DNA of 64,000 nucleotides from Limisphaerales bacterium (GCA_037200545.1 JBBCGE010000003.1:355948-419947); one strand, 5' to 3'; shown: positions 11,480 to 22,436, counted from the first letter of the stretch. Notes: generated by a model not told the origin, from the letters alone. Made by a program: numbers and translations.

Positions 11480-12628
11480 ATGAAAAAACATTTTGTTCGG
11501 ACATCCCTTATCTGCATCATTTTGACGGCGGGCATGCTTGCAAGCTGTGCGACGGGCAATTCCACTGCCGAGCATCCGCCGACGCTCAAGGACGCTTTTA
11601 AAGATGATTTTTCGGTTGGCGTGGCGGTCAATCAGAAGCAGTTCACCGGTCAGGACACAAATGGCGTGGCGCTTATCACGTCGCAGTTCAATTCCATCTC
11701 CCCGGAAAATGTTTTGAAATGGGAAGTGGTGCATCCGCAACCGGGAACGAACGGTTACAATTTTGCGCCGGGAGATGACTATGTGGCGTTCGGTGAACAG
11801 CATCACATGCTGATTGTCGGCCATGCGCTCGTCTGGCATGAGCAGATCCCGCGCTGGGTTTTTCAGGATGAAAGTGGCCGGTCGTTGAGCGGAACCAATG
11901 CCGCGGACCGGGCTTTGTTATTGCAACGGATGCAAGACCATATCCAGTCGGTTGTTGGTCGTTATAAAGGCCGCATCAAAATCTGGGATGTCGTCAACGA
12001 GGCGTTGAATGACAGTCCCAGGCTCAATGACACCAACGTGCTGCGGCAATCGTCGCCCTGGGTGCGCGTCTTGGGCATGGATTTCATCGTCAAGGCTTTT
12101 GAATATGCCCACCAAGCCGACCCCGATGTCATCCTCCGTTACAACGATTATTCAGTTGAAAATCCCGCCAAACGTCAGCGCCTCATTATGCTCATAAAAT
12201 ATCTCCAATCGCAGAACGTGCCGGTCATGGCCATCGGGTCGCAGACGCACGCGAATCTCATCTGGCCTGAGCCTGGTTTGGAGGACAACTTTCTGACCGA
12301 AGTTGGCCGCCTGGGTTTGCCGGTTCACATCACCGAATTGGATGTCAACGGCTCGCAAGCCGGTCAACGAAGCCAGAGTGCTGATATCACGCAAAACGCG
12401 CAGGCCAGCGACGACGGACAACCAGTGGTGTCCGATCAGGAAAAACTGGCGCGACAATACGAAAATCTTTTTAAAATTTTTCTTAAGCATCGTGACACCG
12501 TGAAGCTGGTGACGTTTTGGGGCGTCACCGATGCTGATTCCTGGCGCAGGAATGGTCATCCACTTTTATTTGACGGCAACTGGCAGCCTAAGCCCGCATT
12601 TCACACAGTCATAAAAACGGCGGAATAG
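11480..12628 (+). CDS. endo-1,4-beta-xylanase, glycoside hydrolase family 10, lipoprotein
   Basis: Signal/lipobox LTAGMLASC. GH10 catalytic motifs WDVVNEA (acid/base) and ITELDV (nucleophile). Confidence 0.9.
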   Translation: MKKHFVRTSLICIILTAGMLASCATGNSTAEHPPTLKDAFKDDFSVGVAVNQKQFTGQDTNGVALITSQFNSISPENVLKWEVVHPQPGTNGYNFAPGDDYVAFGEQHHMLIVGHALVWHEQIPRWVFQDESGRSLSGTNAADRALLLQRMQDHIQSVVGRYKGRIKIWDVVNEALNDSPRLNDTNVLRQSSPWVRVLGMDFIVKAFEYAHQADPDVILRYNDYSVENPAKRQRLIMLIKYLQSQNVPVMAIGSQTHANLIWPEPGLEDNFLTEVGRLGLPVHITELDVNGSQAGQRSQSADITQNAQASDDGQPVVSDQEKLARQYENLFKIFLKHRDTVKLVTFWGVTDADSWRRNGHPLLFDGNWQPKPAFHTVIKTAE

Positions 12629-12793
12629 ATTGTTTTGCCCCCAGTTTGGTGACAGGGGTATAATTTGGTTTAACTTCCGACGCGACTTTTGACGGGAATT
12701 TTCCTTTGGCAATAAATGGTGAACGTTTGCCAAAACCGGCAAAGTCATTCCGTCAATTCGGTGTCAAGTTTGTCTCAGAAACTAAAGACAAAT

Positions 12794-15547
12794 ATGACAA
12801 CTCTCCTTGCTCCTTCTGAAAAGCTCGATTTAACTCATGACATCCTGCACCAGTCCCGTCGGCGTCCGCTGGATTCAATTCTGTCACCAAAGTCCATTGC
12901 CGTCATCGGCGCGACCGAACGCAAACGCAGCGTCGGGCGCACGGTGATGGTAAATCTGATGGAGGGCGGTTTTCCCGGAAAAATTTATCCGGTCAATCCG
13001 ATTCAAGAAACGATTCTCGGCATGCATGCCTTTCCGAATGTCGCCGCCTTGCCGGAAAAGCCTGACCTTGCCGTCATCATCACGCCACCAAAAACGGTTC
13101 CGGGCATCATCCGGGAATGTGCCGCCGCCGGCATTCAAGGCGTGATCATCATTTCCGCCGGCTTCAAAGAGATTGGTGCGGAAGGTGCCGCGCTGGAACA
13201 GCAGGTTTTGACGGAGGCCAAACGTGGCAACATCCGTATCATCGGCCCGAATTGCCTGGGGGTGATGGTGCCAAGATTGAAATTCAACGCTACTTTCGCC
13301 GCCACCATGGCGCGTTCCGGCAGCGTCGCTTTTCTCAGCCAGAGCGGTGCGTTGTGTACGGCGATTCTTGATTGGAGTTTGAAGGAAAATGTCGGATTCA
13401 GCGCCTTCGTTTCGCTGGGCTCCATGCTTGATGTGGGCTGGGGTGATTTGATTTATCATCTTGGGGACGATCCGCAGACGAAGAGCATCGTGATTTATAT
13501 GGAATCCATCGGCGATGCGGGCGCGTTTCTTTCCGCCGCTCGCGAAGTGGCTTTAGCCAAGCCGATCATCATCATCAAGCCCGGACGCACTGAGGCGGCG
13601 GCGAAGGCGGCGGCATCTCACACCGGTTCACTCACCGGCAGCGACGAAGTGTTGCAGGCGGCTTTCCTGCGGGCGGGCGTTCTGCGCGTGGACACCATTC
13701 CCGAATTGTTCGACATGGCGGAAGTGCTCGCCAAACAACCGCGCCCCAAGGGACCGCGTCTGACCATTGTCACCAATGCCGGCGGTCCCGGCGTGCTCGC
13801 CACGGATATTCTCATCGGCAGCGGCGCGCAACTCGCGAGTTTGACGCCGGAAACGATGGCTTCGCTGAACCAGATCCTGCCGCCGACATGGAGCCATAAT
13901 AATCCGGTGGATGTGATCGGCGATGCCGGCCCGGAAATTTACGCCAAGGCCGTTGACATCATCGCCAAGGATGCCAATACCGACGGGCTGCTCGTAATTC
14001 TGACGCCGCAGGCGATGACCGATCCGACGGCGACCGCCGAAGAATTAAAGCCATTTGCCCACATTGAAGGCAAGCCGATTATCGCAAGTTGGATGGGTGC
14101 CGGCATGGTGGAAGGCGGCGAAGACATCCTCAACGCTGCGCACATACCGACTTTCAAATATCCAGATCGCGCAGCCAAGGCATTTTATTACATGTGGCGT
14201 TACAGCGAGAATTTGCGTTCGCTTTATGAAACGCCTTCCGTACCCATGCAGAACGGACGGGGCCACGTTGACCGCAGTCTGGCGGAGAAAATCATTTCCG
14301 ATGTCCGCGCAACTGGGCGCACCATTCTCACCGAGTTTGAATCCAAAAATCTTCTCTCGGCTTACGGCATTCCCACGGTGGAAACCCATATTGCACTCAC
14401 CGAGAACGATGCGGTGAAACAAGCCGCCCGCCTTGGTTTTCCGGTTGTGTTGAAATTGCATTCCGAGACCATCACCCACAAGACCGATGTCGGAGGCGTC
14501 CACTTGAATCTGCGCACGGCATCCGCCGTCCGTCAGGCTTGGAAGGCGATTGAAACTTCCTGCACGAAAAAACCCGGCAAAGAAAATTTCCTCGGCGTCA
14601 CCGTCCAGCCGATGATCAAGCTCGAAGGCTATGAACTCATCATCGGCAGCAGCATAGACCCGCAGTTCGGTCCTGTCCTGCTCTTCGGCACGGGCGGCCA
14701 GCTTGTGGAAGTTTACAAAGATCGTGCACTCGGTCTGCCGCCGCTCAACGCCACGCTGGCCCGCCGCATGATGGAGCGGACCAAGATTTTCACCGCGCTC
14801 AAAGGTGTTCGCGGTCGCAAGGCGGCGGACATTGCCGCACTCGAACAATTGCTCGTGCGTTTCAGCCAGCTTGTCGTTGAACAGCCGTGGATCGCGGAGA
14901 TTGACATCAATCCGCTGCTCGTCACGTTGGAACGGATTTTTGCGCTCGACGCCCGCGTCTTATTGCATGATCCGAAGACGCCGGAAGACAAACTGCCCAA
15001 ACCGGTGATCCGTCCCTATCCGGTGCAATATGTCACGCCGTGGCGGTTGAAGAACAAGGCGCCGGTCAGCATCCGTCCCATCCGTCCCGAAGATGAACCG
15101 CTCATGGTGAAGTTTCATGAAACCTTGTCAGAAGAGAGCGTCTATCATCGGTATTTTGGCGCGCTGCATCTGGAAAAGCGCATCGAGCACGAACGGCTGA
15201 CCCGGATTTGCTTCAATGATTACAACCGGGAGATTGCACTCGTCGCCGAGCTGAAATCCGAGAAGCAAGATGAAAGGCAGATTCTTGGCGTCGGACGTTT
15301 GAGCAAGCTGCACAGCATGAACGAAGCGGAATTTGCCATTGTCGTGAATGATGAATGGCAAAGCCTCGGACTCGGCCACGAACTGCTCAAACAACTCATT
15401 GCAGTCGGGCGCGCTGAAAAACTGGATCATCTCAGCGGCCAGATTCTTGCCGGCAACCATGCCATGCAACACATTTGTCAAAAGCTCGGATTCAAGATGA
15501 CGTTGGATGACGACAAACGCACTTACGCGGCCCAGTTTACTTATTGA
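12794..15547 (+). CDS. Pat-like bifunctional protein: ADP-forming acyl-CoA synthetase-like domains fused to a C-terminal GNAT acetyltransferase
   Basis: CoA-binding [18 protein letters not shown], a succinyl-CoA-synthetase-like flavodoxin domain, an ATP-grasp ([11 protein letters not shown]...[19 protein letters not shown]), and the GNAT tail [17 protein letters not shown]...[14 protein letters not shown]. Start set at the ATG at 12794. Confidence 0.8.
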   Translation: MTTLLAPSEKLDLTHDILHQSRRRPLDSILSPKSIAVIGATERKRSVGRTVMVNLMEGGFPGKIYPVNPIQETILGMHAFPNVAALPEKPDLAVIITPPKTVPGIIRECAAAGIQGVIIISAGFKEIGAEGAALEQQVLTEAKRGNIRIIGPNCLGVMVPRLKFNATFAATMARSGSVAFLSQSGALCTAILDWSLKENVGFSAFVSLGSMLDVGWGDLIYHLGDDPQTKSIVIYMESIGDAGAFLSAAREVALAKPIIIIKPGRTEAAAKAAASHTGSLTGSDEVLQAAFLRAGVLRVDTIPELFDMAEVLAKQPRPKGPRLTIVTNAGGPGVLATDILIGSGAQLASLTPETMASLNQILPPTWSHNNPVDVIGDAGPEIYAKAVDIIAKDANTDGLLVILTPQAMTDPTATAEELKPFAHIEGKPIIASWMGAGMVEGGEDILNAAHIPTFKYPDRAAKAFYYMWRYSENLRSLYETPSVPMQNGRGHVDRSLAEKIISDVRATGRTILTEFESKNLLSAYGIPTVETHIALTENDAVKQAARLGFPVVLKLHSETITHKTDVGGVHLNLRTASAVRQAWKAIETSCTKKPGKENFLGVTVQPMIKLEGYELIIGSSIDPQFGPVLLFGTGGQLVEVYKDRALGLPPLNATLARRMMERTKIFTALKGVRGRKAADIAALEQLLVRFSQLVVEQPWIAEIDINPLLVTLERIFALDARVLLHDPKTPEDKLPKPVIRPYPVQYVTPWRLKNKAPVSIRPIRPEDEPLMVKFHETLSEESVYHRYFGALHLEKRIEHERLTRICFNDYNREIALVAELKSEKQDERQILGVGRLSKLHSMNEAEFAIVVNDEWQSLGLGHELLKQLIAVGRAEKLDHLSGQILAGNHAMQHICQKLGFKMTLDDDKRTYAAQFTY

Positions 15548-15675
15548 GAAGAGTATTTGCGCCGGCAAAAAATGATGGTCATCCGGCAAAAAACGTGGAG
15601 TGAGATTTCTGGTCCTCATCGATTATTACTTCGACCAGTTCGATGAGTGTTTCATCGGGTGGCGTTATAAAAATT

Positions 15676-16023
15676 ATGACAAAATTAACCAAAATTCTCC
15701 TTGTCATTTCACTAACCGCGTCGGTCACAGGTGGCATTCTTGATTTCGGTAGATTCAAAATCAATCCGTCGCTGACGGTGATGCTGCCACTGGGTGCGGT
15801 ATTTTTCGGGATGTTCCTGATCTCATTTATGATGCAAAAGGAAATGGCCAGGTTTGATGAGGAGAACGCCATAAAGCTTGAAGAGATTCGGCACAAGGAT
15901 GCCGACGATTCCAATTGCAGAAGTTGTAGTAATTGCCAATGCCGGACACGGAAACATCCTAAAACCGGATTTGCCGAAGCATCGGGGCATGAAAAATTAC
16001 GAGAGCTGCGCTTGCAAAGGTGA
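15676..16023 (+). CDS. hypothetical small membrane protein with a Cys-rich C-terminal tail
   Basis: Two hydrophobic helices (ILLVISLTASVTGGIL and MLPLGAVFFGMFLISFMM), then DSNCRSCSNCQCRTRK. No recognisable family, and coding status is uncertain. Confidence 0.35.
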   Translation: MTKLTKILLVISLTASVTGGILDFGRFKINPSLTVMLPLGAVFFGMFLISFMMQKEMARFDEENAIKLEEIRHKDADDSNCRSCSNCQCRTRKHPKTGFAEASGHEKLRELRLQR

Positions 16024-16062
16024 TCGGGAATTTCCCACTGTCCATCATCCAACCGCTCAAGA

Positions 16063-16977
16063 TTGCATCTGGACGCCATGACAACTGAAGCGGAATCCTT
16101 ACCTGCGGGCCGCAAAACCATGCGTGATCCCGATTTGTCCGGGTCAGCGTCCGGATATTTGCGTGAATGGCTGGGCAACCGTTTTGTGTATGTCGTCGTC
16201 TCGCCACGGGCGCGCGGATTGTCCATCGGCATAAACATGAATCCGAACAAGCACTGTAAATTTGAATGTGAATATTGTGAAGTGGACCGGTTGGTGCCGC
16301 CGCTGGAAAGAGAACTGGACGTTGAGGTCATGACCGGAGAACTGCAACGGACGCTGGCCCTGGCGGATTCCGGAGAACTGCGCAAGATTCCCGTCTATCA
16401 AACCATGCCTTCCGAGTTGTTGAATCTTCGACATGTTGCGTTGAGCGGCGACGGGGAGCCGACCCTTTGCCCCAATTTTTTTGAGGCGGTGCGCGCGGTC
16501 ATTCATGTCCGTGCCCGGAGACGATTTCCATTCTTCAAGATGGTTTTGATCACCAACGCCGCCGGTCTCGATCTGCGAAAAGTGCAGGACGGCTTGAAGC
16601 TGTTTACCCAACATGACGAAATCTGGGCCAAACTGGATGCGGGTACGCAGGCATACATGAACAAGGTAAACCGCCCGGCGTGTTCGCTTGAAAAAATCCT
16701 TTCGAACATCCTGGCCACGGCCCGTCAGCGGCCGGTGATCATCCAGAGCCTCTTTCCGTTGCTGAATGATGAAGAACCGCCGGCTGGTGAAATCGAGGAA
16801 TACGCCCGGCGTTTGAACGAATTGAAAATAGCCGGCGCACAAATCCCGCTCGTCCAGATTTATTCCGCCACCCGGCCGACGGCACAATCAAAGTGCGGAC
16901 ATCTGCCGCTTAAAACTTTGTCTTTCATCGCGAAGCGCGTGGGTGAAATCAGCGGATTAAGGGCGGAAGTTTTTTAA
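16063..16977 (+). CDS. radical SAM protein (function unknown)
   Basis: CX3CX2C cluster motif CKFECEYC and the SAM-binding-like LSGDGEPTL. No SPASM-type C-terminal Cys cluster is visible. Confidence 0.75.
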   Translation: MHLDAMTTEAESLPAGRKTMRDPDLSGSASGYLREWLGNRFVYVVVSPRARGLSIGINMNPNKHCKFECEYCEVDRLVPPLERELDVEVMTGELQRTLALADSGELRKIPVYQTMPSELLNLRHVALSGDGEPTLCPNFFEAVRAVIHVRARRRFPFFKMVLITNAAGLDLRKVQDGLKLFTQHDEIWAKLDAGTQAYMNKVNRPACSLEKILSNILATARQRPVIIQSLFPLLNDEEPPAGEIEEYARRLNELKIAGAQIPLVQIYSATRPTAQSKCGHLPLKTLSFIAKRVGEISGLRAEVF

Positions 16978-17172
16978 CCGGTCAAAATAGGGGCGGAGAT
17001 TGGCAATGGAAGGTGAGCGGTTGCGGGCATCAGCCGACATGTTCTTTTCAAGAAATAATCATTTACCGCATTACGAAAGGCATTTTATAAAACCCGACAT
17101 TTCCAATTTAGCAGCTCAGCCGTTCTTGAAGGGCATGACGCGCAAGGTCTCGAACTGCTGGCGAAAGATTCG

Positions 17173-17550
17173 ATGTGGGCTGATTTCAAGGCCAATGAAA
17201 AAATTCTGAGCGAAGGCGGCATAGCCAACCGCTTTTACCTCATCTTGGAAGGGCAGGTCGAATTGGAATCATCCGTTACAAACAATGAGGCCGTCCACAT
17301 TCAAACCTTGGATCCGGGCGATGTGCTCGGCTGGTCATGGCTCTTTCCGCCATACTATTGGAACTTTGACGCGCGGGCGCTGACGCCCGCCAAAGCGATA
17401 TTTTTCTATGGAACGCATTTGCGTGAATTGTGCGAACAGAATCATGATCTCGGTTACGAATTGATGAAACGCGTCTCGGAAGTCGTCATCAAGCGGTTGC
17501 AAGCCGTGCGCCGTGAACTGGTGGAACAGGATAAAACCTGTTCCCTCTGA
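17173..17550 (+). CDS. cyclic-nucleotide-binding domain protein
   Basis: cNMP-binding fold signature FKANEKILSEGGIANRFYLILEGQVELE...LDPGDVLGWSWL...RALTPAKAIFF. The frame is open upstream to 17059 with cNMP-like sequence, so the true start may be a non-ATG codon upstream. Confidence 0.6.
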   Translation: MWADFKANEKILSEGGIANRFYLILEGQVELESSVTNNEAVHIQTLDPGDVLGWSWLFPPYYWNFDARALTPAKAIFFYGTHLRELCEQNHDLGYELMKRVSEVVIKRLQAVRRELVEQDKTCSL

Positions 17551-17700
17551 CTTCATCCACGTAAGGGATTTCCCTAGTCAGCCTAGGTGTTTCACATCGT
17601 AAACAATCAGGCGCGCCCCCAATTGTCCGTTTTGCCGGCTTCTCTTATTTTGCTCTCACCAAGGCAAGTTTAAGTCGGTGTAAAAAGAAAGAAGACGATT

Positions 17701-18577
17701 ATGACCAAACATTTGATTGAACCGCTGGTTGGCTCGAAAATTTACCAGGACTACAAACGTGCGTTCAGCGAAATGACCGGCCTGCCCATGATGTTGCGGC
17801 CGGTGGAATCGTGGCAGCTCCCCCATCATGACGAAAAGTTTGAAAATCCCTTCTGTGCCATGCTGGCGGGGAAAAGCCGCTCCTGTGCCGCATGCCTGCA
17901 AACCCAGCAGCAACTTTCCGAAACCGCCACTCATGTGGCAAAAACCGTCACCTGCCAGGCCGGGTTGTGCGACACCCGTCGTGCCGGTGCGGATGGGCGA
18001 CCAGTTGATCGGCTTTCTCTCGACCGGCCAGGTGTTCTGCAAAAAGCCAACGGAAGGACAATTTAAGCGCACCGCCAGGCTGCTCGCCAAATGGGATGTG
18101 GCGCTGGACGCGAAGGAATTGCGCAAGACCTATTTCGCCACCCGCGTCATGTCGCCGCGTCAGCACGAATCCGCCGTCACGCTGCTGACCATTTTCGCCG
18201 AGCATCTTTCGATGGTGAACAATCAGATTGTCATGCGGGATCAAAACACCGAACCGCCGGTCATCACCCGCGCCAGGCAGTTTATCCTGGAACATCAAAC
18301 CGAGGAGCTTTCGCTCGCCCAGGTCGCCAAGGCGGTGAACACGAGCAAATTTTACTTTTGCAAAATATTCAAAAAGGCGACCGGCATCAATTTCACCGAC
18401 TATCTTTCACGCGTGCGCACGGAGCGTGCGAAAAATCTTTTGCTCAATCCCAATCTGCGCATCAGCGAGATCGCCTACGAAGTCGGCTTCCAATCGTTGA
18501 CGCATTTTAACCGCGTGTTTAAACGCATCCTCGGCCGTTCGCCCACCGACTACCGCGCTCAACTGGCGCGGGCCTGA
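17701..18577 (+). CDS. AraC-family transcriptional regulator with a PocR-like Cys-containing sensor domain; one frameshift as sequenced
   Basis: ORF 17701-18066 (..CAACLQTQ..TVTCQAGLCDT) and ORF 17828-18577 (VVPVRMGDQLIGFLSTGQV...AraC HTH KFYFCKIFKKATGINFTDY..FQSLTHFNRVFKR) join across the CCC run at 17975-17977 (+1 shift). Confidence 0.8.
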
Positions 18578-18613
18578 ATCCGCGTTTTCTTTTCGCGTGC
18601 CTCATCATCGTGA

Positions 18614-19747
18614 TTGATTATCATCCGACTGATGAAAGATTACGGCCAGATGACGCGTCCTGAGTTGATCCGGCTTGTCAAGGAACTGCGGCAAACGGCG
18701 GGTGCCAGCGAAGTGCAACAAGTAAAGAATACCGATGCGTTGGGTGACAGCGCCGAGCGGCTGCGCGCGATTTTGGAAACGGCGGTGGAGGGCATCATCA
18801 CCATTGACGAGCGCGGCATCATTGAATCCTTCAATCCGTCGGCCGAGAAAATTTTTGGCCGCACCGCCGGCGAAGTCATCGGGCAGAACGTCAAGCTGCT
18901 CATGCCCGCTTCCTTCCGGCGTGAACACAACGGCTATCTCAAGAATTATCATGAGACCGGCCAGGCGAAGATCATCGGCATCGGGCGCGAAGTCATCGGG
19001 CAGCGCCGGGACGGCACGACGTTTCCGATGGACTTGTCCGTGAGCGAAGTGCGGCTGGTCAACCGCCGGATGTTCACCGGTTTCGTGCGCGACATCACGG
19101 AGCGCAAGCAGCTCGAAAAGGAAATCATTGAAATCAGCAACCGCGAGCAACAGCGCATCGGGCAGGATTTGCATGATGGCCTGTGCCAGGAACTTGTCGG
19201 CATCGAATTGATGTGCCAGGTGCTCGGACAAAAACTGGCGGCGAAACTGGAACCCGAGTCAAAACAGGTCGAAGAAATCGCGCAGCACATCCGCGACGCC
19301 ATCTCCCACACGCGGAAGCTGGCGCGGGGGCTTTCGCCAGTGGAACTGGAGGTCAACGGTTTCATGTCGGCGTTGTACGAACTATCCGCCCACGTCCAAA
19401 AGTTGTTTCACGTGGAATGCCGCTTTGAATGCCCTGAACCGGTTTTGATCCGGAACAACGTTTTTGCAACGCACTTGTATCGCATCGTCCAGGAAGCCAT
19501 CAACAATGCCGTCAAACACGGCCGGGCCGGACGCATCAGCATTTCCCTGAAACCGGCGGATGACCGGATCGCGCTGACGGTGACGGATGACGGCCTGGGC
19601 TTCTCTGAAGAAACAAAAAAAAGCGGCGGCATGGGTCTGCACATCATGAAATATCGTGCCAGCGTCCTGGAAGCGTCGCTCGAAGTGCGCTCCGGCGTTG
19701 ACGGGGCCGGCACGACCGTCCGGTGCATTTTCAAAAAAAATTTATGA
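18614..19747 (+). CDS. PAS-domain sensor histidine kinase (HisKA_3 / NarL-type), cytoplasmic
   Basis: PAS RLRAILETAVEGIITIDERGIIESFNPSAEKIFG, H-box RIGQDLHDGLCQEL, and ATPase motifs NNAVKHG, DDGLGF, GGMGLHIM. Confidence 0.85.
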   Translation: MIIIRLMKDYGQMTRPELIRLVKELRQTAGASEVQQVKNTDALGDSAERLRAILETAVEGIITIDERGIIESFNPSAEKIFGRTAGEVIGQNVKLLMPASFRREHNGYLKNYHETGQAKIIGIGREVIGQRRDGTTFPMDLSVSEVRLVNRRMFTGFVRDITERKQLEKEIIEISNREQQRIGQDLHDGLCQELVGIELMCQVLGQKLAAKLEPESKQVEEIAQHIRDAISHTRKLARGLSPVELEVNGFMSALYELSAHVQKLFHVECRFECPEPVLIRNNVFATHLYRIVQEAINNAVKHGRAGRISISLKPADDRIALTVTDDGLGFSEETKKSGGMGLHIMKYRASVLEASLEVRSGVDGAGTTVRCIFKKNL

Positions 19748-20424
19748 GCAAAAAAGCCGTGGCTCCGGGGAAAAAGCGCATTTTCATCGTGGACGACCAT
19801 CCCATGATGCGCCAGGGTCTCGCCCAGCTCATCGGCGCGGAACCGGATCTGGAGGTGTGCGGTGAGGCGGAAAATGCCGAGTGCGCCCTCGACATCATTG
19901 GCGCTGGCAAGCCCGACCTTGTGCTCGCGGACATTTCATTGCCGGGCAAAAATGGTCTCGAACTTATCAAAGATTTTCAGGCGTTTCAGCCGGGCCTCGC
20001 GGTGCTGGTCATTTCCATGCATGACGAATCACTTTACGCCGAGCGTGTTTTGCGGGCGGGCGGGCGCGGCTACATCATGAAACAGGCGGGTGGCAAAAAA
20101 TTGATGCAGGCCATCCGGCAGGTGCTGGACGGAAAAATTTACGTCAGCGAAAAAATGTCGGCGAACATACTGGAGACGTTCTCGGGCCGCCGCGCCGGAA
20201 GCAGCAGTTCGCCGGTGGAACAACTGACGGACCGGGAATTTGAAGTGTTTCAATTGATCGGCCAAGGCAGGGGCACGCGCGCCACCGCAGAAAAACTTCA
20301 CTTGAGCGTCAAGACCGTTGAAGTCCATCGTGCGAACATCAAGGCAAAGTTAAAATTAAAGACTGCGCCAGAATTGATCCGCTTTGCGGTGCGCTGGGCG
20401 GAAGCGCAGGGTGTCGGAGCTTAA
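19744..20424 (+). CDS. response regulator, NarL/LuxR family
   Basis: The ATG at 19744 overlaps the kinase stop (ATGA). IFIVDDHPMMRQGL, LVLADISLPGKNG, and the HTH LTDREFEVFQLIGQGRGTRATAEKLHLSVKTVEVHRANIKAKL. Confidence 0.85.
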   Translation: MSKKAVAPGKKRIFIVDDHPMMRQGLAQLIGAEPDLEVCGEAENAECALDIIGAGKPDLVLADISLPGKNGLELIKDFQAFQPGLAVLVISMHDESLYAERVLRAGGRGYIMKQAGGKKLMQAIRQVLDGKIYVSEKMSANILETFSGRRAGSSSSPVEQLTDREFEVFQLIGQGRGTRATAEKLHLSVKTVEVHRANIKAKLKLKTAPELIRFAVRWAEAQGVGA

Positions 20425-22415
20425 ACAGCCTGCGCGCGAAAACTTCGCCAGGTCCGCGCCGGCAGAAATGCGAGGATGATGAACAGCAGCTGGCTCACTG
20501 CAAACAGCATCAGCCAGAAGAAGGCCGCCTGGGTGAAGCCGTAGCTGTGCAGGCCGATGCCCAGCATGTTCACGCCGAACCAGGACCACGCGGTGACGAT
20601 GTTGCCGCCGATGGCGCAGGCCACCAGTCCGCGTTCACGGATGATGCCGCCCCAACGCAGATGCAGGATGAGTGCGTTCCACAACACTATGATGAGCGCA
20701 CCATTTTCTTTTGGATCCCAGCCCCAGAAACGGCCCCACGATTGATCCGCCCAGATGCCGCCCAGCACCGTGCCGACAAAACTGAACAGCGTCGCGAAAC
20801 AGACGATGCCATAAATCATGCGCCCGATAGATTTACCAAGTTCGCCTTTCTCTGCCGCTTCTGAGACTTCTTTGGCAGTCCTTAATCTGCTGCCGCCTGT
20901 TTTTACCATTAGCGCGGCGGCTGTTCCGACGACACTTGCTCCAGTTTTTGACATGGATCGTGTCAAGTTTGTCGTAAAAACGCCAAGCACAACGTAAAGG
21001 AGACCAAGAAATCCCGCCACGAACGTGCTGGCGTAGCCCACCGTCACGGCGACGACGTGCGTCGCGAGCCAGAAATTTGTGTCCAGCACCGCCCGCATCA
21101 TCTCCATCGTGTCGCCTTCGAGCGCGAGGTGATGCGCGATGATGAGCGTGATAAAGCCAATGCCCGCCGCCACCACCGCCCCGATGCCGTTCTTGTAGAA
21201 CTTTTCCAGAATAAGGCCAAGGATGACCGCGCCCCAGCCAATGAAAATGGCGGAGGAATAGAGGTTTGTCACCGGCGGTCGGCCTTCCAAAACCATGCGA
21301 TAGATCAAGCCTGTGGTGTGGATGGCAAAGGCCAGGCCGATGAGCCAGACGGATGAACGTCTTAACGTTTCCGACAGGTTGAACCACGAGAAAATGGCCA
21401 GCAATCCGGCGAGCACATAGATGACCATCGCGGCGTAAAACGGCTGCATCTGGTTGAAGAACACTTCCGCGCGTGCTTTCGCCAGCGCCTTGCTTTGCAG
21501 GGGAACGAGCGTGGAAACGTAATCCTTCAATGCGGCGTTAAATTCCTCCGGTTTGTCCGTTGTCAGCGCGCCAGCCATCTTCGCATAGTCGCGCATTGCT
21601 CCGTCCACCGGCACGCCGCGCGGTGCGTCGAGCAGCGCGTCGCCCATGCGCCGCCAATGGATGGAACCGTTGGGCGGCAGGATCAGCGGCGGTTCCAGCT
21701 GGCTCATGAACTGGTAGCGTTCGATGAAGGCGGCGAAGGCGTTGAAGTTGGTCTTGTCATAGGCCTTGCCGGCCTGCTGCGCCTTGATGGCGGCGACGCC
21801 CTCGGGGATCAATTGTTCGTAGGCCGCGAGTTCCGCCGGCCATTCCGGCGCATCGGCGGGTTGGACGGTGTTCCGCAACCGGATGTAAAGGATGAGCCTT
21901 TGCTGCATCTTCATGATGGCATTCTCATAGGCGGAGCGGTCGGGGGGCTCGATTTTTTGAACACGCTGGTTTTCCTTGTCGAAGATCGCGAGCGAAGGCT
22001 GGATCTGGTTCCAGGAGAAATTGATGCCGTCGGATTTTTTTGATGCGTCTTTCTCCGGCAGTTTCAGCAGCGAGACCAAGTCGGGGTTGTCCACACGGAA
22101 TGAAGGCCAATCGTCGGCGGCGGCAGGATTCATCATCATGTTTGCCAGCCATTCGTTTGCCGGAATGATGCGTTGTTTTTCTTTCCAGCTTTTCCACGAC
22201 TCTATATTGAGCGTTTGTTTGTCGTGCAGAGATAAGAGCGAATTTCGCGCGAGCGAATCCATCGGTTGTATGCGGCCGTTGGCGGTGACGGGCAACTGGC
22301 CGAATTCGGTGAACGCGAAATCCCGGGTCTTTGGCGTTCTTAGATTGCCGAAGAACCACAGCGCCATCACCAGCATTAGGAACGGTGGGAACCATCTTTG
22401 AAAAATCTTTTTCAT
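20421..22415 (-). CDS. ccsA: cytochrome c biogenesis protein CcsA/ResC (System II) with a long N-terminal extension
   Basis: The C-terminal half is polytopic and carries the Trp-rich haem-handling motif WGRFWGWDPKENGALI. Its stop overlaps the convergent regulator stop (TTAA at 20421-20424). Confidence 0.85.
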   Translation of the reverse strand: MKKIFQRWFPPFLMLVMALWFFGNLRTPKTRDFAFTEFGQLPVTANGRIQPMDSLARNSLLSLHDKQTLNIESWKSWKEKQRIIPANEWLANMMMNPAAADDWPSFRVDNPDLVSLLKLPEKDASKKSDGINFSWNQIQPSLAIFDKENQRVQKIEPPDRSAYENAIMKMQQRLILYIRLRNTVQPADAPEWPAELAAYEQLIPEGVAAIKAQQAGKAYDKTNFNAFAAFIERYQFMSQLEPPLILPPNGSIHWRRMGDALLDAPRGVPVDGAMRDYAKMAGALTTDKPEEFNAALKDYVSTLVPLQSKALAKARAEVFFNQMQPFYAAMVIYVLAGLLAIFSWFNLSETLRRSSVWLIGLAFAIHTTGLIYRMVLEGRPPVTNLYSSAIFIGWGAVILGLILEKFYKNGIGAVVAAGIGFITLIIAHHLALEGDTMEMMRAVLDTNFWLATHVVAVTVGYASTFVAGFLGLLYVVLGVFTTNLTRSMSKTGASVVGTAAALMVKTGGSRLRTAKEVSEAAEKGELGKSIGRMIYGIVCFATLFSFVGTVLGGIWADQSWGRFWGWDPKENGALIIVLWNALILHLRWGGIIRERGLVACAIGGNIVTAWSWFGVNMLGIGLHSYGFTQAAFFWLMLFAVSQLLFIILAFLPARTWRSFRAQAV

Positions 22416-22436
22416 TTTATCTTGGATTCAAAAAAT

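Noticed and set aside
15579-16385. 268-aa minus-strand ORF overlapping the small membrane ORF and the radical SAM gene
   Set aside because: The translation is low-complexity and Ser/Arg/Pro-rich with no motifs. It is antisense to a radical SAM gene that has clear motifs, so it is probably a shadow ORF.
17000-17209. 69-aa ORF upstream of the cNMP-binding gene
   Set aside because: It is in a different frame from the cNMP domain and has no motifs. The cNMP frame itself is open from 17059, so this is more likely 5' leader or alternative-start territory than a separate gene.
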